Shown here in pieces: positions 1 to 8,213 of a stretch of 14,259 bases of DNA; the stretch's first letter is position 1, and each line of letters begins with the position of its first letter. The notes below the pieces were generated by a model. The model searched no databases, had not been told where the DNA came from, and saw only the letters and a list, made by a program, of their open reading frames with translations. Origin of the DNA: an uncultured bacterium (GTDB lineage Bacteria > Poribacteria > WGA-4E > B28-G17); the NCBI GenBank assembly GCA_964535855.1, contig CAZHVH010000041.1:1-14259 (forward strand). The letters are read 5' to 3'. The position numbers and the translations under genes were made by a program.

Positions 1-154
1 CCCGATCGGAGCCATCCTCATCAGGTATTCGATGTCATTCAGCGACTCCTCCCTCACGGAGAGAGCCGCCAGGGTATATATGAGGATCATAGCGCTCATC
101 ATCTCACTGGGTAATCCTATAATATCGGGGATGCGCATGTCAAGCCACCGCCGC

Positions 155-183
155 TTGACAGGTAAGCCAAAATCGGTTAGAAT
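155..183 (+). promoter_or_regulatory. Sigma70-type promoter upstream of the FAH-family gene: -35 TTGACA (155-160), 17-nt spacer, -10 TAGAAT (178-183)
   Basis: Read directly from the sequence: TTGACAggtaagccaaaatcggtTAGAAT. The -35 is a perfect hexamer, the -10 matches TATAAT at 5 of 6 positions, and the spacer is exactly 17 nt. It lies about 35 nt upstream of the ATG at 218, which is preceded by the purine-rich gggaagggacgggag. Confidence 0.5.
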
Positions 184-217
184 TATCCAGTCTAAATTCC
201 CAGGGAAGGGACGGGAG

Positions 218-1147
218 ATGCGCATTATCCAATTTTTCTTGCCTGGAGAGGGGAAAAGGGTAGGCGTTCTGGCCACGGACGGTAGGGTTATCGATATCAC
301 CACCGATGAGATCTCCAGCACCCTGCGACTTCTACAGATAGCGGAATCGGAGGGCGTAAGCCTAAACGTGATAGCGGCGGAGATGGAGGAGGAAATCTCG
401 CTTAAACATCCCGATAAGGAGGAGCTCCCCCGGATCACATTTCCCGAGCTTGATGTCCAACCCCGCGACAGTGTGCCTCATCTCCTCATCCCGATAGACC
501 CACCTGAAGTTTGGGGGTGTGGCGTCACATATTTCAGAAGTGCCGAGATGAGAGACATCGAAACGGAAGGAGATATCTACTCCAGGGCTTACAGAGCTGA
601 AAGGCCTGAGATCTTCTTCAAGGCCACCGCCTCCAGATGCGTCGGGCCAAATGAGCCGGTGTGCATACGCAGCGATTCGATCCATACCGCCCCTGAGCCT
701 GAACTCGCCTATATCCTCGACGGCAAGGGAAGGATTATCGGATATACGATAGCCAACGATATGTCGGCCTGGGACATAGAGAGGGAAAACCCGCTTTATC
801 TGCCCCAATCGAAGATTTACAGGGGATGTTGCGCTCTGGGGCCGATGATCGTCACCACATCCGAGATACCCGATCCTATGGACCTGAGCATAACCTGCAG
901 GATTATAAGGGAAAATGAGATAATTTTTGAAGGTGAGATCAACACATCTCAGATGAAACGATCGATAGATGAGATCAACGAATATCTGCTTCGGGACAAC
1001 CCGATCCCGACAGGCACGGTCGTGATGACGGGAACCGGAATCGTCGCCCCTAAGGATCTACCCTTAAGAGATGGGGATGTGGTGGAAATCGAAATCGAGG
1101 AGATAGGGGTTCTGAGCAACCCCGTTCGTAAGCTCGAACCTATTTGA
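218..1147 (+). CDS. Fumarylacetoacetate hydrolase (FAH) family protein. Candidates include 2-keto-4-pentenoate hydratase, 2-keto-3-deoxy-sugar-acid dehydratase or an oxaloacetate decarboxylase-like enzyme; the exact substrate is unknown.
   Basis: The ORF track's frame opens at 32, but residues 1-62 look non-protein-like. The FAH-typical N-terminus MRIIQFFLPGEGKRVGVLATDGRVIDIT begins at the ATG at 218, which has GGGAG immediately upstream. The C-terminal half carries FAH-fold signatures: EPELAYILDGKGRIIGYTIANDMSAWDIE, MTGTGIV, and GDVVEIEIEEIGVLSN. Confidence 0.75.
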   Translation: MRIIQFFLPGEGKRVGVLATDGRVIDITTDEISSTLRLLQIAESEGVSLNVIAAEMEEEISLKHPDKEELPRITFPELDVQPRDSVPHLLIPIDPPEVWGCGVTYFRSAEMRDIETEGDIYSRAYRAERPEIFFKATASRCVGPNEPVCIRSDSIHTAPEPELAYILDGKGRIIGYTIANDMSAWDIERENPLYLPQSKIYRGCCALGPMIVTTSEIPDPMDLSITCRIIRENEIIFEGEINTSQMKRSIDEINEYLLRDNPIPTGTVVMTGTGIVAPKDLPLRDGDVVEIEIEEIGVLSNPVRKLEPI

Positions 1148-1164
1148 GATCGAGAGGTCTTGAG

Positions 1165-2166
1165 GTGGAGGGGAAATTTAAAGTCGTGGCAACGGATGCA
1201 GGGAGGTTCGCTCCGAAGGTCGAAAGCGAGATCCTCGCGAAGCTCGGCGCGGAGGTGATCCCGGCCAGGTTTAAGGATGAGGACGAGCTTATCCAAAACG
1301 TTCGAGACGCCGACGCTATCCTCAACGCCGTGACCAAGATTACCAGGCGCGTGATAGAATCACTTCAAAAGTGTAGGGTTATAGTTCGATACGGTATAGG
1401 AGTCGACACGATAGACATACCGGCGGCAACCGAGCACGGGATATGTGTGGCGAACGTCCCTGATTTCTGCTGGGAGGAGGTATCGGATACGGCGATGAGC
1501 TTGATCCTGGCCGTATCCCGTAAGGTCGTATACATGAATAACCTGGTCAAAGAGGGCATATGGAGCAGGTCCAAGGCCGCCCCCATTCACAAATATCAGC
1601 TCCAGACCCTCGGGCTGCTCGCCTTCGGAAACATACCTAGAACCCTGGTAAAAAAGGCCAGACCTTTCGGATTCAAAAGAATTATATCCCATGACCCATA
1701 TGTATCCCAGGAGGTCTTCAGGCAATACGGTGTGGAGCCGGTGGATTTCGAGACGCTTCTGAGGGAGTCGGACATACTCTCGATTCATACCCCGCTGACG
1801 GAGGAGACATATCATATAATCGGCGAGCGTGAGTTGAGGATGATGAAGCCCACGGCCTATCTGATAAACACCAGCCGCGGTCCGGTTATAGATGAGAAGG
1901 CCCTTTGCAGGGCCCTCTCTGAGGGGTGGATCGCCGGAGCGGGATTGGACGTGATGGAGAAGGAGCCTCCCGACAGGGACAATCCGCTTCTGAAACTTGA
2001 TAACGTCGTCATAACGCCTCATTACGGCTCATACACCGAAGAGGCATATCACGAGCTGAAGGTCAAGGTGGCGGAGAACGCTGCCGCCTGCCTGAGGGGA
2101 GAGCTTCCGAAATACCTGGTCAATCCTGAGGTGGTGCCTAAGCTGAAATGGCTGAAGAAAAGATAA
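1165..2166 (+). CDS. D-isomer-specific 2-hydroxyacid dehydrogenase family protein (PGDH/CtBP-like, NAD-binding)
   Basis: The catalytic Arg/Glu/His triad is present: NTSRGPVID, GLDVMEKEP and ITPHYGSYT. There is a Rossmann beta-alpha-beta with a terminal Asp (KRIISHD), but its glycine-rich loop is the atypical AFGNIP rather than GxGxxG. The start is uncertain. The GTG at 1165 has a GAGAGG Shine-Dalgarno 8 nt upstream. The alternative TTG at 1144 overlaps the upstream stop as TTGA but has no Shine-Dalgarno. Confidence 0.8.
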   Translation: MEGKFKVVATDAGRFAPKVESEILAKLGAEVIPARFKDEDELIQNVRDADAILNAVTKITRRVIESLQKCRVIVRYGIGVDTIDIPAATEHGICVANVPDFCWEEVSDTAMSLILAVSRKVVYMNNLVKEGIWSRSKAAPIHKYQLQTLGLLAFGNIPRTLVKKARPFGFKRIISHDPYVSQEVFRQYGVEPVDFETLLRESDILSIHTPLTEETYHIIGERELRMMKPTAYLINTSRGPVIDEKALCRALSEGWIAGAGLDVMEKEPPDRDNPLLKLDNVVITPHYGSYTEEAYHELKVKVAENAAACLRGELPKYLVNPEVVPKLKWLKKR

Positions 2167-3587
2167 ACGTCTATCAGAATCCGCTCGTCCAGAGGTACTC
2201 CAGCGAGGAGATGCTTCGCAACTTCTCTCCTCAGAGGAGAGGGGAGATCTACAGGGAGCTTTGGATAGCGTTAGCTGAGGCAGAGAGGGAGCTGGGACTT
2301 CCTATAACCGAGGAACAGATAGAGGAGATGCGGAGGCACAAGAGCGATATAGATTTCGAGGAGATAGCGCGGGAGGAGCGCAGGATAAGACACGACGTGA
2401 TGGCACACATACGAATTTTTGGCTCACAATGTCCAAAGGCCAAGCCGATAATACATTTAGGAGCGACCAGCGCCTTCGTCGGGGATAACGCCGATCTCAT
2501 CCAGATGCGGGACGGGTTGAAGATACTGAGGGCGAGATTGGTGAACCTGATAGCCGCTCTGCGCGATTTCGCTCTGAGATATCGCGATCTGCCGACGCTC
2601 GGCTTCACTCACTTTCAGCCCGCTCAGCCGACGACCGTCGGCAAAAGGGCGACGTTATGGCTTCAGGATTTCGTGATGGATTATCACGAGATCGTGGGCA
2701 GAATCGAATCACTCAAGTTCCGTGGCGTCAAGGGCACAACGGGAACACAGGCCAGCTTTGTGAGGTTGTTCGGAGGGGATGAGGAGAAGGTCAAGAGGCT
2801 CGATCAGATGATCACTCGTAAGATGGGTTTCAGTGAAAGCTTTATCGTAACCGGACAGACGTATACCCGGAAGGTGGATGCTCAGATCGCCTCCGCTCTT
2901 TCCGGTATAGCGCAATCGGCGCACAAGTTCAGCAACGACATCAGGCTGTTGCAGCATCTAGGGGAGGTCGAGGAGCCTTTTGGGAAGAGCCAGGTCGGCT
3001 CATCCGCGATGGCTTATAAACGAAATCCGATGCGATGTGAGAGGATAGGGGCGCTTTCCAGATATGTGATCACATTGGCTCAAAGCCCTTATTTCACCGC
3101 TGCAAGCCAGTGGTTGGAGAGAACGCTGGATGACTCGGCCAACAAGCGGCTTTCGATACCGGAGCTCTTCCTAGCAACTGACGCCGTTCTGCTGGTATGC
3201 ATCAACGTCGCCCAGGGGTTGAAGGTATATCCCGAGGTGATAAGACGACATCTCGAGGAGAAGTTGCCCTTTATAGCGACGGAGGATATCCTCATGGAGT
3301 CGGTTAGAAGAGGAGGGGACAGGCAGGAGCTGCACGAGAGGATAAGAGGATACGCCATGGAGGTCACCCTGCAGATGAGATCGGGAGGTGAGAATGACCT
3401 GCTGGAGAGGATCGCCGCTGATAGCTCCTTCGGACTCTCCATGGAGGAGCTCAGGGAGATGATGATCCCCGGCAGATTCGTCGGTCGGGCGCCGTCACAG
3501 GTCGTCGAATTCATAGAAAGGGAGGTCGACCCTATAATTCAGCGAGACAGAGAGCTGATAGGCGCCGGGGTAGAACTAAAGGTGTGA
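2148..3587 (+). CDS. purB: Adenylosuccinate lyase (long, roughly 480-aa form)
   Basis: The N-terminus is NPLVQRYSSEEM...LWIALAEAERELGLPI. The fumarate-lyase signature is GSSAMAYKRNPMRCERI, against the adenylosuccinate lyase consensus GSSxMPxKxNP. Length and overall order fit PurB. It overlaps the upstream gene by 19 nt. Confidence 0.9.
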   Translation: MAEEKINVYQNPLVQRYSSEEMLRNFSPQRRGEIYRELWIALAEAERELGLPITEEQIEEMRRHKSDIDFEEIAREERRIRHDVMAHIRIFGSQCPKAKPIIHLGATSAFVGDNADLIQMRDGLKILRARLVNLIAALRDFALRYRDLPTLGFTHFQPAQPTTVGKRATLWLQDFVMDYHEIVGRIESLKFRGVKGTTGTQASFVRLFGGDEEKVKRLDQMITRKMGFSESFIVTGQTYTRKVDAQIASALSGIAQSAHKFSNDIRLLQHLGEVEEPFGKSQVGSSAMAYKRNPMRCERIGALSRYVITLAQSPYFTAASQWLERTLDDSANKRLSIPELFLATDAVLLVCINVAQGLKVYPEVIRRHLEEKLPFIATEDILMESVRRGGDRQELHERIRGYAMEVTLQMRSGGENDLLERIAADSSFGLSMEELREMMIPGRFVGRAPSQVVEFIEREVDPIIQRDRELIGAGVELKV

Positions 3588-3596
3588 GGTAACGCC

Positions 3597-4691
3597 ATGT
3601 TTTTCAGAAAAAAAGATGAGATGGAGATAAAACTGGCCTCAGGTAAGAACGACATATCGCCTGAAGCCTGCCTCAAGAGCATCATTGCCTCCCTGCTGCA
3701 GATAATAGGGATCTACGCCAAGGAGGGGGAAGGGCTCGAGACCTCCAAATACAAGCAGCAGCTCAGGGACATATCCATGAAACTGAAGGAGATCGAGGAT
3801 ATATTCGAGTTGAACCAGCTTAAGAACGATCTCACCCGACTTATCCTGAGACAGAAGGAGGCCGAGAGGATCTACGACGAAAAGAGGATATCGGAGCTGA
3901 AGGAGATAATAAGGCTTTTGATAAAGGCCCTTAACAAGTTTCTCTCCGATGACAAGGAGTTCAGTCAGGGAGTCGAGAAGGACATATCGAGACTGGAGGG
4001 GGCTTCGAGGCTGGAAGACATAAGGCTCATCAAGCAAGAGCTCTCACAGGTGGTGGGACAGTTGCAGGAAAGGCTTAAGGAGAGACAGAGCAGGCTGGAG
4101 AAAACGGCGGATGAACTGGCCGTTAGGGTGGTGGAGTTGGAGGAGAAGCTTTCTCAGATGACGGAGGAGGCGTTGATCGATGAGACGACGAAGCTCTTCA
4201 ACAGAAGGGCGCTCATGCGAAGGCTGGAGGAGGAGATAACCAGGTTCAACGTGACCAACATCCCGTTCTCCCTTGTCATATTCGACGTCGACCATTTCAA
4301 GCAGGTCAACGATGAGCACAACCACTTGATAGGCGATAAGGTGCTCTATATGGTTGGCCGGATAGCCAAGGAGACCTTCAGGGCGGACGACTTCGTGGCC
4401 AGAATGGCCGGGGATGAGTTCGCCGCTATGCTGTTCGGCAGCACCGGCACCGATAGCTGGAATGCCGTTGAGAGGTTGAGGAGCAACATAGCTAAGAAGG
4501 TCTTCAAATATGAGCGGGATGGCAAACCGGTGAGCATAAAGATAAGCATAAGCGCGGGGGTGGCATGGGTGAGAAGCGATGATACGCCGGAGACTCTCTT
4601 GGAACGGGCGGATAAGGCGATGTATCTGGCCAAACAGAGGGGGAGAGATCAGGTCGTCCCGGAATCCGAACTCAAGGAGGAGGGGGAATGA
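3597..4691 (+). CDS. Cytoplasmic diguanylate cyclase-like protein: N-terminal coiled-coil region of about 190 aa plus a C-terminal GGDEF domain with variant AGDEF active-site motif and an RxxD I-site
   Basis: GGDEF-domain landmarks are [47 protein letters not shown] (RxxD five residues before A-G-D-E-F, codons 4407-4421), [10 protein letters not shown] and [16 protein letters not shown]. Residues 1-190 are heptad-rich and charged ([30 protein letters not shown]...) with no TM segment and no recognisable sensor fold. Confidence 0.85.
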   Translation: MFFRKKDEMEIKLASGKNDISPEACLKSIIASLLQIIGIYAKEGEGLETSKYKQQLRDISMKLKEIEDIFELNQLKNDLTRLILRQKEAERIYDEKRISELKEIIRLLIKALNKFLSDDKEFSQGVEKDISRLEGASRLEDIRLIKQELSQVVGQLQERLKERQSRLEKTADELAVRVVELEEKLSQMTEEALIDETTKLFNRRALMRRLEEEITRFNVTNIPFSLVIFDVDHFKQVNDEHNHLIGDKVLYMVGRIAKETFRADDFVARMAGDEFAAMLFGSTGTDSWNAVERLRSNIAKKVFKYERDGKPVSIKISISAGVAWVRSDDTPETLLERADKAMYLAKQRGRDQVVPESELKEEGE

Positions 4692-5476
4692 TAGTATATG
4701 AGGTCGGGGTGGCCCTCATCGCTGTTATCGTCCTGGCATACATGTCCATGAAGATACTTCGCGAGTATGAACGTGGAGTGGTTTTCAGGCTCGGTAAGCT
4801 CCATAAGGTGAAAGGGCCGGGGTTGGTCTTCATCATCCCATTCATAGATAGGATGGTGAGGGTATCGCTGAGGGTCAACGCCGTGGATGTGGAGGAGCAA
4901 GACGTCATAACCTCGGATAACGTCTCCGTTAAGGTGAACGCCGTCCTCTACTATAGGGTCGCCGATCCGGCCAACTCCGTCGTCGAGGTTGAGGATTACC
5001 AGTTCGCTACCACTCAGGTTGCTCTCACCGCCCTTAGGAGTGTCATCGGGAAGTTCGAGCTAGATGATCTCCTTTCCAAAAGGGAGGTGATAAACGAGGA
5101 GCTGAGCAGAACCGTTAAGGAGCATGTCGATCCCTGGGGGATATCAGTCTTGGCTGTTGAGGTTAAGGACGTGGATCTACCTGATGAGATGAAGAGAGCG
5201 ATGGCAAAGCAGGCTGAGGCGGAGAGGGAGAGAAGAGCCAAGGTTTTAAACGCTCAAGGTGAATATGAGGCCGCCGAAACGTTGCTCAAAGCCGCCCAGA
5301 CCATACAACAGAGTCCCACGGCCGTGCAACTGAGATTCCTTCAGACACTGATCGAGGTGGCGTCGGAGAACAACTCCACCATAGTATTCCCCTTACCTAT
5401 AGACCTATTAAGGCCATATCTTGCAAAAGAGGGGACAAAGGAGGTCGGTGCGAAAAATGCCAACGGGCAGAATTAA
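4688..5476 (+). CDS. SPFH/band-7 (stomatin/prohibitin-like) membrane protein
   Basis: An N-terminal TM helix ([16 protein letters not shown]) is followed by the stomatin signature [11 protein letters not shown], then [13 protein letters not shown] and a C-terminal coiled-coil ([20 protein letters not shown]). The start overlaps the GGDEF gene stop as ATGA. Confidence 0.9.
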   Translation: MIVYEVGVALIAVIVLAYMSMKILREYERGVVFRLGKLHKVKGPGLVFIIPFIDRMVRVSLRVNAVDVEEQDVITSDNVSVKVNAVLYYRVADPANSVVEVEDYQFATTQVALTALRSVIGKFELDDLLSKREVINEELSRTVKEHVDPWGISVLAVEVKDVDLPDEMKRAMAKQAEAERERRAKVLNAQGEYEAAETLLKAAQTIQQSPTAVQLRFLQTLIEVASENNSTIVFPLPIDLLRPYLAKEGTKEVGAKNANGQN

Positions 5477-6263
5477 ATACTATAACAGCCAGAAGGGATT
5501 CGGCTTTATCGCCCAGGACAGCGGGGAGCAAGATCTGTTCATGCACATCTCCTCCGTCAGAAAGCATGAAGGGGAGATACAACCGGGACACTTCGTCTAT
5601 TATGAGATAGGACAGGGCCGCAAAGGCTTGGAGGCCAAGAATATCATAGTATCATCCCGTAAGATAGACGAGAGCAAGCTTCAGGAGATTCTGAAACCCA
5701 GACGCCGAGCCCCTCGCCCCAAAGGCAAAGGAGGGCCGAAACAGCCTCAGAAGCAGGCTCAGCCGACACAACCTCAGGTGAAGAAAAAGAAAAAATTGAT
5801 CCCGGATGACGCCTACATGATCAAGCAGGCCAAAAACCAAACGCCCATGGTCTTCGAGATCTACGACCATCCTCACCTCAAATGCCTGGTCAAAAAGAAA
5901 TACAAATACGATATCGATCTCCTCATAGACGGAGAGGTCAAGCGATTCTTCATGCACGACATCAAGTTCTGCTATAAGGTGCGGGACGAGGAGAAGGTCA
6001 AACGGGCGATCAGTTACGACGAAGAGGTGAGATCACAAAATCTCAAGGCGATCATACCCCGCAAGGAGAGATACAAGATCCCGGATGAGGAGCTGAAGAA
6101 GGCATACAAGGAGGAAAAGCCGATAATGCTGGTCATGCGAGGCGGCGAAGTGATAATCGGCACGATAGAATGGTATTCGAAATATGCCATCAAGGTTAAC
6201 CTCCCAATAGGAGGTTCCGTGCTGGCATTCAGACATGCCGTCTATAAATTCCAGAGCCTGTGA
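5457..6263 (+). CDS. Cold-shock-domain protein with Lys/Pro/Gln-rich basic linker and a C-terminal extension of about 155 aa ending in a putative Hfq/Sm-like motif
   Basis: The CSD carries RNP1 KGFGFI and an RNP2-like DLFMHI ([34 protein letters not shown]...[14 protein letters not shown]). The linker is [34 protein letters not shown]. The C-terminus is [45 protein letters not shown], against Hfq [26 protein letters not shown]...MVYKHAIS. The start is at ATG 5457, with an AAGGAGG Shine-Dalgarno 11 nt upstream; the track's TTG at 5421 is unlikely. It overlaps the SPFH gene by 20 nt. Confidence 0.7.
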   Translation: MPTGRIKYYNSQKGFGFIAQDSGEQDLFMHISSVRKHEGEIQPGHFVYYEIGQGRKGLEAKNIIVSSRKIDESKLQEILKPRRRAPRPKGKGGPKQPQKQAQPTQPQVKKKKKLIPDDAYMIKQAKNQTPMVFEIYDHPHLKCLVKKKYKYDIDLLIDGEVKRFFMHDIKFCYKVRDEEKVKRAISYDEEVRSQNLKAIIPRKERYKIPDEELKKAYKEEKPIMLVMRGGEVIIGTIEWYSKYAIKVNLPIGGSVLAFRHAVYKFQSL

Positions 6264-6271
6264 GATTTAAG

Positions 6272-7297
6272 ATGAGAGTTGTCGTCTACGGATCAGGGGC
6301 CTTCGGCTTCGCATTAGCGAAATACCTCGGTGATAAGTTCCGAATGGATAAGGCGGTGGAGATCTGTCTCTACGATAGGAATGAGGATCTGATCTCTCAC
6401 ATCAAAACCGCCCGAACCCACCCCGTTCATTATCCGGATATCCCCCTTCCCATGAAGGTGAAACCCACCTTTGATATCAAATGCGTCCGGGAGGCCGATT
6501 TGATAATACTGGTCGTTCCGAGCCAGTCCCTTAGATCGGTCTCGAGGGAGTTCGCCGGATATGTCCCCCACAAAGCGACGGTGCTCAACGCCACAAAGGG
6601 GTTGGAGCTGGGAAGCTGTAAGAGGCCATCACAGGTCATAGGCGAGGAGCTGAGCAAGGCTAACTTTAAAGGTGAGATAGCGACCTTCTCCGGAGGAACG
6701 ATAGCGTCGGAGATGATCATGGGAGCAGCACTGGGGGCGGAGATCGCATGTCCGAACAGAGAGGTGGCGAGATGGCTTCAGGGATTCATGGCCAGCGACA
6801 GGCTCAGAATATATGCTAATACGGATATCGTAGGCGTGGAATATGCCGGGGCCTTCAAAAACGTTATCTCCATCGGAGCGGGGATCTCCGACGGGTTGAA
6901 CAACCCCTGGGGCACCAAGACGCTCCTCATATCGCGGGCGTCAGCCGAGGTCAAGAGGCTGGCGTTAAAGTTAGGCGCTCAGCCGCATACCTTCTCCGCC
7001 GAAAGCCAGGCTTGGTGCAACGATCTGTGGATGAGCTGTATGGGTAACACCAGAAACAGATATTTCGGGGAGCTTATCGGAAGGGGATTATCGGTCGAGG
7101 AGGCCCTCAAGGTGATGAGCCATGAGAGAAAGCTGGTCGAGGGGTATTACACCACGAAATCGGCCTATCAGCTCGCTCAGGAACATGAGGTGGACGCGCC
7201 GATCATCAAGGCCGTCCACGATGTCCTTTATCTCGGAAGAGACCCGCTGGAAGCGATGAGGGAGCTTATGTCCCGTTCGCTCAAATTCCTCAATTGA
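6272..7297 (+). CDS. gpsA: NAD(P)H-dependent glycerol-3-phosphate dehydrogenase
   Basis: The N-terminal Rossmann segment is MRVVVYGSGAFGFALA, followed by TDIVGVEYAGAFKNVISIGAGISDGL and GNTRNRYFGELIGRGLSVEEA. These match GpsA's conserved blocks TDVVGVE.GGALKNVIAIAAGI.DGL and ...RNRRFG..LG.G. The start is most likely ATG 6272, 8 nt after the upstream stop. GTG 6260 is the alternative. Confidence 0.85.
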   Translation: MRVVVYGSGAFGFALAKYLGDKFRMDKAVEICLYDRNEDLISHIKTARTHPVHYPDIPLPMKVKPTFDIKCVREADLIILVVPSQSLRSVSREFAGYVPHKATVLNATKGLELGSCKRPSQVIGEELSKANFKGEIATFSGGTIASEMIMGAALGAEIACPNREVARWLQGFMASDRLRIYANTDIVGVEYAGAFKNVISIGAGISDGLNNPWGTKTLLISRASAEVKRLALKLGAQPHTFSAESQAWCNDLWMSCMGNTRNRYFGELIGRGLSVEEALKVMSHERKLVEGYYTTKSAYQLAQEHEVDAPIIKAVHDVLYLGRDPLEAMRELMSRSLKFLN

Positions 7298-7310
7298 GGG
7301 GGAGATTGAG

Positions 7311-8207
7311 GTGAACGATCTGGATGAGATCAGGGAGATCATAGATAGGCTTAAATCCCTCGTGCAGGAGGGTAAGATCGACCCGAAAACCCTTCTGGCT
7401 GAGATAGGCGGCGAATCGAAAGGCGAAGTGAGGGAGATAAATCTGGAGGAGATAGCAGCCGAGGAGAGCGAGGCGCAATCTTACTTCTTCGGAGAGGAGA
7501 TCCGGTTCGCTGCCGAAGACTTCGAGCCTTATTCGGAGGAAATCCGCCGTTGTATGCCCTTCGGGCTCGAACCACACATACTGCTGCCCAGAAGCTTCAC
7601 ACCCCAATCGCAATACCCCGGCTGGCGCGTCAGGATGGAGAAATGGGTCTACACGCGGATCGAGAACGAGGAAATGCCGCCGGAGACGATAAACCTCTCC
7701 CCATACTTCGATACGGCGGCCCTCGTGCTGGTAGACACCCGGATGAAGCCGGACTATCAAAACGGCAGACAGATGTACCGGAACGATTCCGACTTTTTGG
7801 GAAAGATCATAGGCCAGATGAGGGAAAACGGCGTCATACCGAGGCGGGGATATATAGAGAAAGGGTCCAGATATGCTATTTCGTGGACCGAGATACATAG
7901 GTTCATTCTGCCTGAATTGGCGAAGCTGCTGGGGCTGAAGAGGGATCAGATTAGGCTGCCAAGGCTCGTGGAGTTCTGTTTCTTAAGCGACTGTTTCTAT
8001 CCGCAATGGTATCAAGGTAACACATGGGAGTGGTTCGAGGACAATGTGAGGTTCGGCAGTAGGGAGGAGAAGCTCTTCGGAGGCAAGTTCAGTTTTGCCA
8101 CCATGTCAACATCGGTCTACACCAACTGGCCGGAGGCGAGAAGCGACAGGATAGGCTTTCGCCCTCTTATCCTCCTCGGCAAACTCGATCGATGGAAGCT
8201 GGGGTGA
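7311..8207 (+). CDS. Cytoplasmic FGE-sulfatase (SUMF1/EgtB-C-terminal-like) domain protein with an acidic N-terminal extension of about 85 aa; no Cys at the position of the FGE copper-binding Cys pair in my alignment
   Basis: It begins at a GTG with a GGGGGAG Shine-Dalgarno 8 nt upstream. FGE-domain blocks are visible: AISWTEIHRF...RLPRLVEFCF (cf. SUMF1 VSWNDAVAYC...RLPTEAEWEY), GNTWEWFED (cf. GNAWEWTSD), KLFGGKFSF (cf. RVKKGGSYM) and RSDRIGFRP (cf. NLGFRCA). There is no signal peptide. Where FGE has its CxxxxC, this protein has FATMSTSVY. Confidence 0.45.
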   Translation: MNDLDEIREIIDRLKSLVQEGKIDPKTLLAEIGGESKGEVREINLEEIAAEESEAQSYFFGEEIRFAAEDFEPYSEEIRRCMPFGLEPHILLPRSFTPQSQYPGWRVRMEKWVYTRIENEEMPPETINLSPYFDTAALVLVDTRMKPDYQNGRQMYRNDSDFLGKIIGQMRENGVIPRRGYIEKGSRYAISWTEIHRFILPELAKLLGLKRDQIRLPRLVEFCFLSDCFYPQWYQGNTWEWFEDNVRFGSREEKLFGGKFSFATMSTSVYTNWPEARSDRIGFRPLILLGKLDRWKLG

Positions 8208-8213
8208 TAGCCG

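Noticed and set aside
32-217. N-terminal 62-residue extension of the first ORF in the track (MSFSDSSLTERAARVYMRIIALIISLG...)
   Set aside because: It has no FAH-like character and contains the promoter hexamers. The conserved FAH N-terminus, a ribosome binding site and an ATG are at 218. I treat it as a stop-free stretch, not as coding sequence.
362-1337. Minus-strand ORFs 362-808, 949-1296 and 1140-1337, antisense to the FAH and dehydrogenase genes
   Set aside because: They are low-complexity, Ser/Arg/Leu-rich shadow frames of strongly supported sense genes. None has a ribosome binding site or a domain signature.
1360-4633. Antisense and alternate-frame ORFs inside the dehydrogenase, purB and GGDEF genes (1360-2022, 2249-2608, 2709-2957, 3089-3514, 3639-4037, 4044-4325, 4346-4633)
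   Set aside because: They lie entirely within confidently assigned genes on the opposite strand. Their compositions are typical of the reverse frames of GC-rich, GAG/AAG-heavy coding sequence.
5421-5456. TTG start at 5421 for the CSD protein (track annotation)
   Set aside because: The canonical CSD N-terminus MPTGRIKYY starts at the ATG at 5457. An AAGGAGG Shine-Dalgarno lies inside the proposed extension and so cannot serve a start at 5421.
7290-7900. ORFs 7290-7898 (-, 202 aa), 7351-7575 (-) and 7550-7900 (+, 116 aa) overlapping the FGE-like gene
   Set aside because: These are the best competitors to my ORF8 call. They are Arg/Pro/Gly-rich with no motifs. The 7311-8207 frame carries a coherent FGE-fold motif series and a properly spaced GGGGGAG Shine-Dalgarno, so I keep that frame.
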